Of a stretch of DNA of 64,000 nt, positions 1 to 14,900 are shown piece by piece (position 1 is the first letter of the stretch; each line of letters opens with the position of its first letter). This stretch comes from Obrimoposthia wandeli. Taxonomy: Eukaryota. The notes beneath the pieces are model-generated. The model saw nothing but the letters and a program-made list of their open reading frames with translations, was not told the origin of the DNA and searched no databases. The stretch spans positions 124,001 through 188,000 of the forward strand of contig CDROCS010000091.1 of the NCBI GenBank assembly GCA_977020255.1. The letters run 5' to 3'. Made by a program: the position numbers and the translations under genes.

Positions 1-299
1 AAATAATAAATGACCTGTTTGCGTTCTGGATCGGGCTCACCAAATTGTAAGGTTTGTTTGTTGATTAAATTTTTGTCTTCAAATATCAGAAAAATATGAA
101 TAATAACCAAAGATTTCTATTAATTTTCCCAATAATAATTTTTGTCTTCAAATCAGAGAAATAGGAATAATAACCAATAATAATTTTTGTGTTTTTGTTG
201 TCAAATATCCAAATCGTAAATTGCTATTTATAGCAATTGGTTCATTGCACACATATGCAAATTGTAAATGTCAGACTCTGGATTCAGACATCCAGCACA

Positions 300-950
300 C
301 CAGTCAGCAGAGCGTGCATATAAAAAAGCTGGCCGAGCAAATATTCACCCACGAGGCACACGCATGCACACCCAAATGTCAACTAGCAGAAGTGACATTA
401 GTCTCCCTGGCACTCAATCCTACTTCTGCGATAATCAATTTACACTTCTGGCTGTAGGGATGGACCAAAAATCCATATAGTTACTAACTCCAAAGAAGCG
501 TTGGGAAATATGCACCCGGAGAACACTGTTACAATCACCACTGCGAATTGCCACATCTGAAGAGAGGGATTGCATGCCACAGCATACAACACAGGGGGAT
601 CAGCTGCACCGAGGGTTACTGTCAAAACTACAGTCGACATTGATTTCGACCCAGACAACCATGGTCGCAGTCTGAGAATCGGCGGTAGTTGGGAGATAGG
701 ATATTGTTTGAAGGGAGTCTGGGACATCAGTGGAAACAGCAGTTGCGGGGTAACCGAGGCACAGTAGGGAGAAATGATGTGTTCTGCCGAGTAGGATGAC
801 GGGGAATACGGGGAAGGATGGTGGAGAAGGATGGTGGATGAGCTGGACCAGACTTGTCGCTGGCCGAGAAAGGGCAGACCGCCGCCTATCTGCTGCTATT
901 GCTGGGCGGAAAAAACATTGTTTCATCTTATTATCATGCCGCCTTCCTGA
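300..950 (+). mobile_element. Possible decayed non-LTR retrotransposon 3' end (RNase H-like and Cys/His knuckle-like fragments)
   Basis: GC-richer island. Broken frames give AEVTLVSLAL and KIHIVTNSKEAL (RNase H-like) and PPICCYCWAEKTLFHLII (knuckle-like). Weak and frameshifted. Confidence 0.3.
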
Positions 951-2793
951 TGAGCCTGGCAAGGCGAAACGGGACCACCCCGTCGGAGGCTGAATTTGAA
1001 AACCTCCCTAATTGTGGGCATTTTAGATTACTTTTAAAATGTCAAATTAAATTGACAAAAATTAATTATTTTAATTAACAACCCAACAAATATATATCGA
1101 ATTATAAAAGATTTTGTCATCTAAGAATCAAAACAAAAGTAGAAATATTCAAATCTTCAAAACACGACTTCAAAATTTGTCATTAAAATAATGATACAAT
1201 TTATTTTAATATTCTGAATAAAAGTTATTAAAAGTCTCTCAATGTAGAAATTGTTAAAGAAACAGTGAAACTAACATAATAAACCACGCCTCATTTAGAA
1301 ACTGTATCTTCAGATAAGCTTGAAATAGCAACAGTTATAAACATAACTAAATTATCAGAGCAATAAAGAATGTAAAAGAGTTAATTTGAATGAAGAGTAT
1401 AAACTAAATTATTTTATAGATTATCATTTATCCTCAAAAATCTTCTACTTATTGGTATTTTAAAATTTGTGTAAAAAATAATAAATGTGCTGGATTTATT
1501 AATAAATATTTTGAGGTTTCCACAATCACGCGAATAAGAAATTCAAACTCGCTCTTAAGGCTGGACGTGTGTGACCCACCATCTCACAGCGGATGAGTCA
1601 GGAATTGAATTGAACTGTCGGCAATACGAACTCAGGATTCCGTTTTTTTGTAGAAATAGAATCAAAGCGATAAATTTGTTTATGTCTTCTGCCTCTCGAC
1701 CGATTCAATTATTGTCAGATTCAACAGTTTTTGTTAAGATTTTTTAAATGTTTTGCTGCTGCTACCCTTGCGATTGTGTTCTAAACGTAATATATCTAGT
1801 TTTTAGCTATTGCTGGCTATACAATTCATCTTAAAACGAATCAATTTTAAAGTGATAAATTGTGGCCTGGTAGCAGCATGCTGCCATTTCTATAGGTCGT
1901 TGTGTGTTGGATCCTCTCTCGTATATAAAAGATGGAGAGGCTCCATGATTTGAAAAGTTAATGTGCATTATTAGGTATATTTTTATAGTTTGGAAAGAAG
2001 TTTATGGGCATTTTTAAAGTTTAAATACAAAGTTGGAAAGGAATAATTATTTTGTTTTTGATGAGTAAGAAGAAAAAAAATCTTCCTCAATCCACATTGA
2101 TCAGCGAAGATATTCAGTCAAAGCAATTGATAATTAACAATGAAAAAACATTCTCTAATACTCTCTTTACATTGTTTGCATATGATGCCTGACACTCTTC
2201 ACCGATGTCAATAGTGTATCTGTTTATGAAGAATTAAGATGTAGACGTATAAAAATAACCCAGGGAAATTTTTTCACGCTTTTATTAATTTTATTGAACT
2301 ACATATGAAACCTCAATAAAACGAAACGATTTTCGCAGTTTATTGGATTATGTCATATTGGTAATATAAAGCCTAAAATCGTTTTTCAATAAAATAAAAA
2401 TCCTATAAAAATTAAAGCAAATAAAGGAACAGGCAAAAAGCGGTTTGCCAAATTCTTGTATTTATAGACTGCTGGTTAATATTTTTAATCGCCTTTAGTG
2501 TAGTTAATCGTATGAATATGGAAACGTTCAGAAAACTTGAAGTTCTGTCAACATTTGAATAATTTTATTGGACTTTTAACCTCTTTTTATTTAGAAAATT
2601 AAATTTCTTAACTGGAGTGATTTTTTAATTTTTTGTTTAATTGATTCAATTTGTCAGGGTCGATTAATTTAAATAGATATTTAATTGTACTTTTAAAATG
2701 AAAAATTAATGCAGAGTTTTTGCACATGTAAGAACAGAAAGTGCCAAAGTTCCAGAATCAGGATGAACAGACAAGGATGGGGGAAATGCGAAT

Positions 2794-2919
2794 TCAGACA
2801 TCGTCAAGAGCACCGTTGGCAGGTCGAAGAACACTTGAATCCCGCGGCTGTAGGCGGCCTCTCCACAACATTAAACTTTGACAGAGGAAAATACAGCCCA
2901 TGACAATAGAGACGGTTAT
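2794..2919 (-). CDS. SEL1L3: SEL1L3-like last coding exon (TM helix ITVSIVMGCIFLCQSLMLW + short tail, TGA)
   Basis: tttacag acceptor at 2920-21, hydrophobic segment followed by RGR, stop at 2794-2796. A small exon hidden in the N gap cannot be excluded. Confidence 0.75.
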   Translation of the reverse strand: MTVSIVMGCIFLCQSLMLWRGRLQPRDSSVLRPANGALDDV

Positions 2920-5900
2920 CTGTAAATATACATCAGATTTTCAATATATNNNNNNNNNNNNNNNNNNNNNNNNNNNNNNNNNNNNNNNNNNNNNNNNNNN
3001 NNNNNNNNNNNNNNNNNNNNNNNNNNNNNNNNNNNNNNNNNNNNNNNNNNNNNNNNNNNNNNNNNNNNNNNNNNNNNNNNNNNNNNNNNNNNNCCCTCAC
3101 TGATACCCTCACTGTCACTGGCACCCACTCACTCACTCTCATGCATTATTCTAACCTGAATTATCCATTTGAACTCTTTCCAGAAACCTTCTAACTGCAA
3201 TCTCTGGATGGCCAGTCTGCAGGCAATGTACTCTTCCTTCTTTGACAGCGCTTCACATCTGAAAGTAGACAGTCTTCATATTGACTAACGTTATTTTACA
3301 AGGTCATACGATTATCGGGAGAGCTACAATTGAGCGGTCTAAAGTTGACTTCTGCACAGTATCATAATTAAACTTGAAATCTTCAATGAAGTCACAGAAA
3401 ATCTTAGAAGGACTGAAATACTTGCTGTGTCACAGACGTGTTCATGGTATACCCAAAAATATTCATATTTTCCCAATAGACCTCAAATAAAGTACAAAGA
3501 ATTTATTTTAAAGATCGAGAACATAAAAAAGGTTAAATTTTAGTATAAAAAATTATTTAATGTAATAAAGTCTTAACACAGCAAATGATGAATTCAAAGA
3601 AAAATTAACGTGTCTATATTTACTGAAGCAAAATGTTTAAAGAAGGTCAAATTTTGCTTAATGATGATGTTCGTTGTGGACAGCCATTAATTGCAATTAA
3701 TAGTGAACATGATCGGCTCATAAGCAAACTTTTGATATCTTTTCTTATCCCATCAGTTGAAACTGGTGTATCACAAGAGTCAGTTTGCAGGAAATGGGAG
3801 TTTGTCTGACAAGGGTACCGCATCATTTTCCTAAAAAACGAAGAAGACAGCGTTGTGTGAGCACTATCAATAAAGGATTGATTTAGCAAAATTCTGTGAA
3901 TGATGGGCAGCAGAATGTGTTTGAGTCGCCTCTCTTGAAAGAGGACAATATGGCATGGTTACGAAAACCATCCCGCAGGCAATACTGCGATTTTGCGAGG
4001 GTAGCTAAACAAGCAGTCTCAGACTTGAATCAATCCGATGGTTGGCGGTTTGCAATATTGCAAATGGAGCTGAGAAAAGAGAATCAAATACTAGAGAATC
4101 AAAAATACCTTCCAGAAAAGCGGTTCAAGGAAAACCTTTAAACATTGTATTGATCTGATAAATGTTTTAGAAAATTATGTCATAAAATGGAAATGATTTT
4201 GTTGGTCCATGTTCTCTTATATATTTTAATCGTCAAAACGTTTGCAACACCACATACAGATCAAAGAAGTCGGTAATTCTGCTATTGAATCGATCCTTCA
4301 CTTTTCCCGACAATGGATTCGGTTTCAGTTTCCTCTGATTTTGGAGTATGCAGCTAAACATACAGCTAAATATCAAAAGTTAAAGCACAAAAGTCATTCC
4401 TTGATTCACAGTCCTGACTAGAGTGGAGGTCATCAATGGTGTGTTTAAGGATTATTTCCGGTTGCAAACTATCCCAAAGGAATATTGGTTGAAATGAAAT
4501 GTAGACCACCACAGTTGCACAAAGAGTCTGACACCCCAACGGCAGATAACTATCCCAGTACTTTAAGATGAAAAGTAATTAAATGTAATGTTTTCAGATC
4601 AGTTTGTGAAATTTATATTAATTTCCACATAAACTTAAAATACGTTTATGTTATTTATACTACAGTACTTCTCACTCTAATTATTTAACAGGTATAGTTG
4701 CTTTTATGTTTTGTTCACTGTGGAAATTCTTTGTTTGTGTGTATCGTGGATTTATGCGACAATTTAATTTTGTTAGTGGGTTGTTTAATTTTTTGTCAAA
4801 AGATGTTGCCTTTTTGGATTATGATACTGACAGCTTGGCCTATATAGTTTGGTCGATCGAGACAAATAAAGTATTTTCTTAATAAAACAGCTATTAAATT
4901 ATCATGAATTTCAATTGATCGTTGAAACATAGGTTTGCTAGTATATCTGAATAATTTTGTAGAACTAGTGCAGATAAAAAGCTTCAATTGTTTCTTAACA
5001 TTTTCAACGGTCTTTCCATACAAACTAACATTTTAAAGTTTATAAAAATCTTTATCACATTTATTCGTGGCTTGAGACCTTATTTCTGAATTATATTCTA
5101 TATTTTCTGCGAATATCTCGTAGCCTGAGAGAAATTTACTGCTCAATGAATAATTGTTACCACTGCTCCTAAACTAACATACATCTGCAATAATCTCCAA
5201 TGAATAACATAATGACTTTTTGGCGAATGTGTCATTAATTTTTTTAAAATTTTTTTACCAGGAGGACATTTCTTTTCTGGGTAGATCGTCTAAAAAGTCA
5301 TGAAGGTTTTCAGATATTACCAAGTCTACTTCCATAACATAACCATAATCAATATGTTCCATGTCCACATTTTTCATTTCATGCAAGATTTAAGTTAATT
5401 TTATATCATTAAGAATCCATTCAAAATCTCCTTTTGGTAAAGGTTGATCGAGAGCCCATCCATATAAATTATTGACATCTATATATAAAAGACTCGTTTC
5501 TTCATCAGCGACTACATGATGCTTATTGACAAATGTATTTCCTTCACGTATACTAGAAGAAATCATGTTGTACATTTCAGGATCCTGCATCAGTTCAACC
5601 TTATGTTTTAAAGTTTTTGAAGCAATTGCTCAGCTTAACCCAGGAATGCTATCTTTTGATGTGTTTTGTGTGGCCCTGTGGTCTTTGTTGTTTTGATGTG
5701 GCCGTAAGAGACCGGTTACTCGTGACCATTCTAACGATTCGTTCGTTTTCTATGTGTTTTTAAGGAATATAAAAATATACGTCAGTCTTTAAGTTAACTA
5801 AATTATAGTTCGCCATATTTCTACAAGTTTTTTAATTCTCCAAATATCTTGTGCTTTTTGAAATTCAGTGTCTGTGATTTTATCATTCCATTTTTCTGGT

Positions 5901-8900
5901 AAACTTATCTTATTCTGGAGAACATTCAATGAAGTAGCAAAATTATATGGGAATATTCCTTTGCCAGCAATGAGTTCAGATGGAAAAACTGATCTTGTTA
6001 ATGGAATACTTGACAATTTATTGGATAATTCTTTAAAGATGATTGTAAAAATTGCAAAGAATCTATAAATCTCAGAGTTATTTGACCTAATCTTACAATC
6101 ATTGCTTGACATTTTTCTGTCGATTGAGGTATAATATTTATATTTCATTCAGTAAATTTATTCAATGCATGTTTTAAAATATGATGCAAATCATAACCTC
6201 TGAGATTATGAAACACAATTAGTAAAGTTGGACGAAGTTTTCTTAATAAATTACATTCATTGCATGCAGGACCTAGATACTAGATATTCAAGTTTTTATC
6301 TAAAATATTAATATATCGAATAATTGACTGCATATATGCTAATGAAAAATTGTTATTATTTAGATTATAAGTCTCTCAATAATCTGTATTTCTAGTTAAT
6401 GATATTGTTGAAACATTAAATGTATTGAACTAAGAAGATATAACTTTGTATTCCTTACCACCCTGAGATGTAGCTTTGAAAGCAATCAAAATGGACTTTG
6501 GTAAACGATAGTCTCCAAATATTTGATTTTTATTAATTTCCAATGAACCCTGCATCATCATCATACCCGGAGTATTCAAGGTTAGTATACTTGGTATCAA
6601 TACTAAAATTCAAAAGAGTATCGAATATAGCCTTATGAGTATACGTTCCATTACCTCCTTCAATCTTTACATTATTAAATGTTAGAATAACATCTCTAAA
6701 CAAAGTTTGAAACATGTAATTATCTGGAGTTATATCGTTATCTTTCATTAAATCAGAACCATCTTCGTTTACAACTTTTAATTTTATATTTAGCAAAGTA
6801 TTATTCAAATCCAGATAATCTTCTTCAGATGCATGAATAATAAATTCTATGTCATTTAAATTTTCACCAGGAATTGAATTGATTGGAAATATTTCTTCAA
6901 AACTTGAAATTTTAATCACTGCTTGTGGCAATGGTCTATCGAAAATACACAATTCAGATTTCACACTAGCCATTTTAGAAAACAGTACCTTTAAGACGTT
7001 TTTTATACTATTTAAATTATTTCTTTTACGTTTAAGACCATTTACATTTTGTTCAACACAATTTGCGACTTTATTTAAACTCTCAACAGCATTATTTTTT
7101 AAATTTTGGAATTAAAGTTTTGACTTCTTTGACTGTATTTTCTTTGAGAGATGAAATTAAGTTTTTTGGATTTGTTAACGTAGTTCCTATCGTTTCACCA
7201 AGTGCATTGGCAACACTTGTAGCAGCTGATAAACCAGTTTTTTTAATAAATTGAATAGCTAACCTAGAAATAGTTTGAAACCCTCCAGAGCCGTATTGTT
7301 TACCAATAAAATAAGGAAGTTCGCCGACCTGAATACTTTTTCTATAAAAGTTTATAATTGATGTATTCATTTATACTTTACGTAAATGAAAAGTTAAACT
7401 AGTTTTTTCTCCATATGAAAATGGAATTAAATTACCAGAATCATCAAGTATATTTACCTCAATTCTTTTAATACTTGAATCTCTCATTTTCAAGTACATT
7501 GGATTATCAATTTTAACATTTACTACATCTCCATATCGATATTTTAATGATTTTAACCAAATAGACTTTAACAGTGAAACATAATCAGATCCTACTAAGA
7601 CAGAATCTGTTAAACTAGTATAAATATACATTTGATTAAATGAGCTAGAAAGTTTTGGTTCTTTAAAACCCTTTAATTCTTTTCTAAAAGAAAACATTAT
7701 TTAAATCTAATAAAGAAGCACGTTTTTCATAAAATAAAACTGATTTCACATTTTTCTTTAATTCAATATAAAATAATCCGTTTGAATCTATATTTTAAAA
7801 ACCTCTTTGCATTTACTGGCTATAATATTACATAATGAAGAACTATCTTGTATCAAATAATTTTGATCAAATTTCACTTCGTATTCATATTCAGCTAAAG
7901 AATATATTATAATTTTCATTTTAGCATGAAATTTTTTTATCGATATCAACAATTTCATCACTTCTTATATTACATGACTAGAAATTTTTTTGTATTTCAT
8001 TAAAACCTGTAATTTTCGATTCTTCTAAAGTTTCGAATTTCAACAACATGTTAATTGTACTCATTTCTAAATTTGTATCCTTTGTAATTTTGAAATTGAA
8101 AACATTATTTAAATTACTAAAAATTCATTAATTTAAAATTGCAAAAGATACATAAAAAATTTCATATCTATCTTTTCCATTTTATAAAGTATTTTAGAAT
8201 TTTTTTGTATCGTTAAAGGAGTATAATTAAATACAAATTCAAGGCAACCTCCCATTCACCATCTAAATTGAGAGAGTTTTCCCAACCTACAGTAAATTGA
8301 TTGGCTGTATTGTTAGGTTGAGTACTTGGACAACTATTACTAGGTAAAATAATATATTTTGACATTATTCAATTTGAGAAGCGAATATCCAAGGAGGTTC
8401 AGAGTATCCGTACCACTTTGCGTAATATTGTTTATTCTTACCACGACCTTTAGTTTCTAACATTTCTTGTATTCGATTTAATATAGGTTTATCAATTAAT
8501 TGTAACTCTTGTTTATAAAATTTTCTTTTGATGATGACGTTATCAATATCTTTTAAAATATACATTATTGGATTTTGTTTATAATTAATATTATGAATTT
8601 GTAAAACTTCATAACTCCAATTTGGATTAAAATTTTTGATAAATGGACTTGTACGTATTTTTGATATTCGAATATAATCATCAATTTTATATTTGAATTT
8701 AACTTTCTTTTCCTTTGGATTTTGTTTCAACTAAATTTCAAATGCATTTTTATTATTAACATTTACATGTTTTAAACCATCTAAACCTCTATGTTTAGAA
8801 TTATCATAAGCATAAATAATTTTTGGTAATACATTAACCCATTTCTTATTACCTTGTTTAGTAAAATATTTCTTTAACCGTTCTCTTAGCGTTCTATTAA

Positions 8901-11900
8901 ATCTTTCAACTACTGCAGCTTTATATTGAGAATATACCGAATAATGAATGATATTTTCAGTTTTGAATAATTTCTTAACATGTGAATTAAAAAATTCTTT
9001 ACCTTCATCAGTTTGGATATTTACTGGTACATCATCAACGATTAAAGATTCTATTGCATGTAATAAATCAATACCTGATTTTGATTTAACACCAACTGCC
9101 TTGCAAAACGACTAAATACATCAATACAAGTTAAAATATACTTGAATCCTTCATTTACTGAAGAATAAGGAATCATTTCCATTAAATCCATCTGCCATAA
9201 TGAATTAATACCGTTAGTTTTATATGATATAGTAGGGAATTTACGTCTTAAAGGTTTATTCAGACTATTTGATAATTCATTTCTTAACCATTTTTGTGTG
9301 TTTGTTTTTCGTTGTTTGACTCTTTTTGTCAATTTTTATAACCCTGTATATCGGTCTGGATCTTCTGGATTGTTCAAAACCTGTTCCATTGCTGCATGAA
9401 GAATTAAAATTTATAAATAAATTAGACAACTTTGTATTGTTTATTCCAATTTTTATAAAAGTTTAATATATTTTAATCTGTTTATAAGTTTGTATAAAAC
9501 GAAAGTGATGCATAATTTTAACTTCGTGAACTTATAAAACCACCTTTTAAAAATGCTATAACTAGAAAGTATGGCCATTATGAGCACCATTTTGATAGTA
9601 TATTATGTTTCTTTTATTAATTCTACTACTTGAATTTGCCAAATTTATTAATGAATTTTTATATTTTAAAATATTAGGATCAGGTTTAATTTTACCATAA
9701 ATTATTTTATTTAAATTTTTTATTAAATCATCAACTACATAAATTGGAAATGATTTCAACATTTTCATTTTATTCGTTTTTGATACGTCAATTAAGGTTT
9801 TAAAATAAGGTAAACTTTTTGAAAATTCAGTATTATTACGATCATATAATACAGTGTTTATAAATTTTTTAACTTCATTTTTATCTGTCCTTTTACTATG
9901 TTTAAGAATACTCTTTTTAAAATTTATTTTATTTTAAAACTTTATTATTATTTCTTTTGTTTATAAACTGTAATACCATTACGGTTAATTATATCAGTAA
10001 GAATTCTTAAATCGTTAGGACATGATTGAGTAAAATTTAAAAATAAATAACCATGAGGTAAAGATGTAGCATAATGAAACGAATCAATTAAATAACTCTT
10101 GCTATAAGGAAATGCTTGACGAGCAATAAAATCTATCACTGTTTGATCTCTAGAATATTTAAATAAAATAATGTACATTAAGATTATGAGTACGATGATT
10201 TCCTCCTTTATGAAATAAATTTTGTGTTATAAAAATTACAGTAACTTATATATGTCTTGCAATTTTTTGTAAATAAATGATTAAAATCAGATTCTTTGTT
10301 AGCCTCTTGATATAAATCATCAATAACAATTACATCACTTTTTTCAAGTCTTGTAATCCAATTTTGATCAAAACCGTTAATAATCTTAATGTTGTTTATT
10401 TTATTAAATTCTTGGTTTGTTAAACCAGCTTCTCCATCACTACCTTGATGCCAATATATTTTATTAAATTTATTTTTAAACATTTTGGATTTTAATAATT
10501 GACAAACAAATAAAGTTTTTCTTGTACCACTTGAACCTACTACTTGAAAAGTTGAATTGTTAGTTAATAACATTATATATTAATATTAATATAAAATAAA
10601 TATATCAGAATAAGTACATGTTTATAACAAAAACAACATTTTATTAAATATTTATTAAACATCAAAATATTCAGTCACCGTATGAATCCTCCAGATGACA
10701 GTTGTTTCATTCTTCTTATTTATTTTATATCCGAGAATTTTTATTTCGAGCATTAACTTCTTCCATCTTCTTGAATATCCGAAATCTTTGTTCCAGAAAA
10801 TCATAAAATTTGCACTTATCTCCGCGCATAAATATACCCTCATTCTCAAGTTCAACGTCAATCTTCAAATATTTGATGACATCATTGAATTGTTGAATGT
10901 CTTTGTTGTCAAAATCAGAGACTCGGTAATTGTACGAAGTTTTTGATAATGTCACTGGCATAGTCATTGGATGAATCCATGCAAATGTCAGGAAGAACAT
11001 ATCGTACTTGTAATACTTTTGATAAGATAAGAAAACTATAGTAAACACATGCAGGGAATTAAATTCTCGATAGCAATAAGTCAATTTAAATTGAATGTTT
11101 GTATTAGAAATTGTTTCATATTTATATAATTTTTTTTAATGTATGTCATGATATCATTAACTTGATTGTGAAAATATTCACACGCAATGGATTGAAAATA
11201 TTTAATCTTAAGCCTGGGAAAATCTCAGGGTCAAATGAACATGTATTACGTAACACATTCCATAATTTAAATAGATTGATACTTTGATCTAAATTTTCAC
11301 ATACCGTAATTGATTGTATACCAAGTATATTTATTCTTAAAGGGTAAGAAATATTTTTAATAGGTACCTTACATCCCATAATCCTGCATTTTCTATTTCT
11401 AAAAATAAGTATTGTATAATCTTTGGCTTTATAAACGTATTGTTCTGGTCATGTTCGAAATTTTAATTTGGTTACATTATCTAGGCAAATTCCTTTATAA
11501 TTAATATTTGTTAACATTGTAAGTAAAATAATTAAATTTATTGTATTTATATTGTTTTTTTTAATTTAGTATACAAATCAATCAATGTCTCAAAACCAAC
11601 CAAATCAACAGATAAGTAATTACAAAACATATTCAAATTACTGTTCATCGGTAACACATTTTAAGCCTCAAGTATATCATGATATAATGAAAAATTATTA
11701 TAGTTATTCATACAATAGGGTAAATTATTACATATATCCACAATGTTTAAGTACTTAAAATGTTGATTATAACTTATTTTATAGTCGATATGTTAGTCAT
11801 TTAACAGAATATTAAAATGGTGATAAGAAAACATTATTTAAAGTACCAGTTTTAAGCAAAAGAACGTATATATTTAATGAACCAAAAAGCATAGTAATTC

Positions 11901-14900
11901 CAGCTCCTACTCCATCACGAAAATTTAAAATAAATGAAAATATACAGACTAAAATATCGTTAGAAAATAGTTATTCAACGATATCCATGAAAGTAGATCA
12001 TCTCAATCTTGTAAGTCTTAACATTCCAGATGCATTATTAAACGAACTAGAAAAGAATAATACAATTAATGGGAAATGCAAAGATTCAATACATCATTCA
12101 TATATTAAATCCCCAATGTCTCGCTCTCGTATATATCACTAACTACCTTGGGTGATGGGCGAATGTCTCGCTCTCGTATATATCACTAACTACCTCGGAT
12201 GATGGGCGAATGTTTCGCTCTCGTGTATATCACTAACTACCTCAGGTGATGGGCGAATGTCTCGCTCTCATGTATATCACTAACTACCTTGGGTGATGGT
12301 CGAATGTTTCGCTCTCGTGTATATCACTAACTACCTCAGGTGATGGGTGAAAGTCGACGGGTGTTGGATGGAAACACCCACCGACTACCACCCGCCCCTT
12401 TAGGGCGGGCTCTATTCTCACAAAAATAACTACGATGGGTGTTGGTTGAAAATCGATGAGTGTTGGGTGAAAGTCGACGGTTGTTGGGTGAATGTCGATG
12501 GGTGTTGGATGGAAACACCCACCGACCACCACCCGCCCCTTCGGGGCGGGCTCTATTCTCACGAAAATAACTACAAATACATGCGTTACCGTATCAATTT
12601 ACCTCTCACAACTACAAATGTAAACGACCCGTGTCATACCCTAGACCCTAACATAACTGCCTTTTCTATTTTCTGTTTAAGATATTGAAAATCAGGTTTT
12701 TGAATACCTGATAGATAGTAGCTGAACTTTCTTCTTTCAATTGTCACAGGATTTACTAAAGCAATCAGTTGAGCCTTTTTCAAGAATCTGACTTTGTATT
12801 TGAAATATTGTTTCACTTCTTCATACATATCCTTATCCGATTCTTCAAACATTTCTTCGTCATCGCTTAATACCCGTTGGCTATCGTCCATCGTTGATAA
12901 TTGTCTTTGATATGAATGCATTTACTGTGATTTGTCCTCCAATGACGCATTCTTTTATACTAATTTCTAACAAAGACATGAATCTCATTGGTTAATATAA
13001 CTAAAGCATTGAATTTGATTGGACTAAATATATCATCCAATTATAATAGGTTTGCAAGATAATTACAAGAAACGTGCAATAAAAAAGCAGGTTCAGACAT
13101 ATATAAAGAAGATTTTATAGAATACAATTTTAGTCTAATGAAACTCGTAAATATAAATTATAAAGGTAGAACAGAAGATGATGTTTCGTACTTACCATTC
13201 AATGAATGGAAGCCGAGACAATATGTGGAAAGGTTTGATAATTTCACAGTTGTTATTTTTCCTACAGGTTAGTTTTTTTATTTCCATATTGAATTCTTTT
13301 AGGAAATTGTCGTGTTATGGGATGCAAAATACCAATGCTGGGGTTCAATTTACCATTTGGAATTCAAATCACTGCAATACAATCAATCACGATTTCAGCT
13401 AATCTTGGGAAACAGATAAATCTTTTTAAAACTGCAGAGAAAATGAAAGAAGAATGCATGTTTGAACCAGAAATATTTCCTGCTCTCAGTTATTTGAAGT
13501 TTAAAACGCTATGTGTAAATATATTTTCCAGTGGTAAAGTTATGATATTGGGATTGAAATATTTTGATTATCCAAACATTGTTGATTTGATTTTAGAAAA
13601 TATATCTTATTACATCTTGTTATCTTTTTCTATAAACAAACCCGTTTAAACTTATTGTTTCAAATGAATAATGCTATAAAAAGAGACAATGAAGTGGATC
13701 GGCTTGCCGACGAAATATTTTCTGGAAAAATTAGGGGTAAAGAAATTTTATCAGAATTAAAAAATAATGATATAACAAGAGATAACATTGAAATATTGGT
13801 TAGATCACACGTTATTCGAGAATTTAGAAATCGTACACAAATAAATAAAATTATAGCCAAATATTCATTAATTAATTTTTGTATTTCATCTACAATAGCT
13901 CTAACATTGTACATTTCAATAAGGAAACTTCTATGATAATATAAACAATATTAAAAAATGAAAGATTATATGCAATGGAGCTAAATAATAATGCTGCATT
14001 TCAAATAGTTGATCCCAGTGGAAGTGGAAAGACACATTTCGTATGTAAATTGTTGCAAAATGAATCTCTTTTCAAATATAGTTTCAAAAATATTTATTGG
14101 CATCAACGTGGAGGAGGGGAAAGCGGATTAACCAAAACAGAAGTTTGCAAGTTGAAGGGAATACAATTTATTGAAGGATTTGAGGCAAATTGGTGTGAAG
14201 ATTGAAAAAAGAAGATGTAATAATAATTGATGATTTGTATCAGGAAGCTAACAAGGAATCAGACTTTAATAATTTATTTACGAAGATTGCCAGACATCGT
14301 GAAGTAACAGTTATATTTATCACTCAAAATCTTTTTCACCAAGGAGGTCACCATAGAACTAGAAATCTTAATGTGCATTACTTAGTTTTATTTAAAAATC
14401 CTAGAGATCAAACAGTTGTCGATTTCGTGGCCAGACAGGCATTTCCCCAAAATAAGAACTTTTTAGTTGATTCATTTCACGATGCTGCTAAACAAGCACA
14501 TTAGTATATATTTATTGACTTTACACAAGCTTGTTCAGATGATTTACGTGTTTTAACCGACATATTTAATTCTAAGGGAGTAACTGTTTATAAACAAATA
14601 GAGAACAATCATAAAAGATAAATTTATAATGCCTTTTAAGAAGTTGATAGTAAAACGTAAAGCAAAGCCTAAGAAATCAAAAAAAAGAATCATTAAGAAA
14701 AAATAAGTGAAAAAATTAATCAAATCTGTAGTTAGAAATAAAAAAAACTTAAATGGCTTCGAATATAAACAATATTTAAATTGAAATTTTTTTATTAAAA
14801 TGAAGAAAATACAAAGAAGCATACCCTATTTTAAAGCTTTAGTCAAAGACTCTTCTCTTAAGAGAATGATTATTCTTAAAGCATTTCCATCTTTTGTTGT

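Larger units (their letters stand above)
4796..11517 (-). mobile_element. Polinton/Maverick (adintovirus-like) copy A, decayed and internally deleted
   Basis: Collinear minus-strand remnants: TBP-like, orphan ORF, ATPase, core protein, integrase, penton, core protein, MCP, pPolB. Multiple stops and frameshifts; no intact termini found. Confidence 0.9.

Noticed and set aside
2900-3142. ORFs spanning X residues
   Set aside because: Produced by the N gap.
3640-3900. Possible mariner HTH remnant (DDVRCGQP)
   Set aside because: One weak motif with no supporting TIR or catalytic residues.
12284-12688. Pro/His-rich ORFs on both strands
   Set aside because: They coincide with the tandem repeat block.
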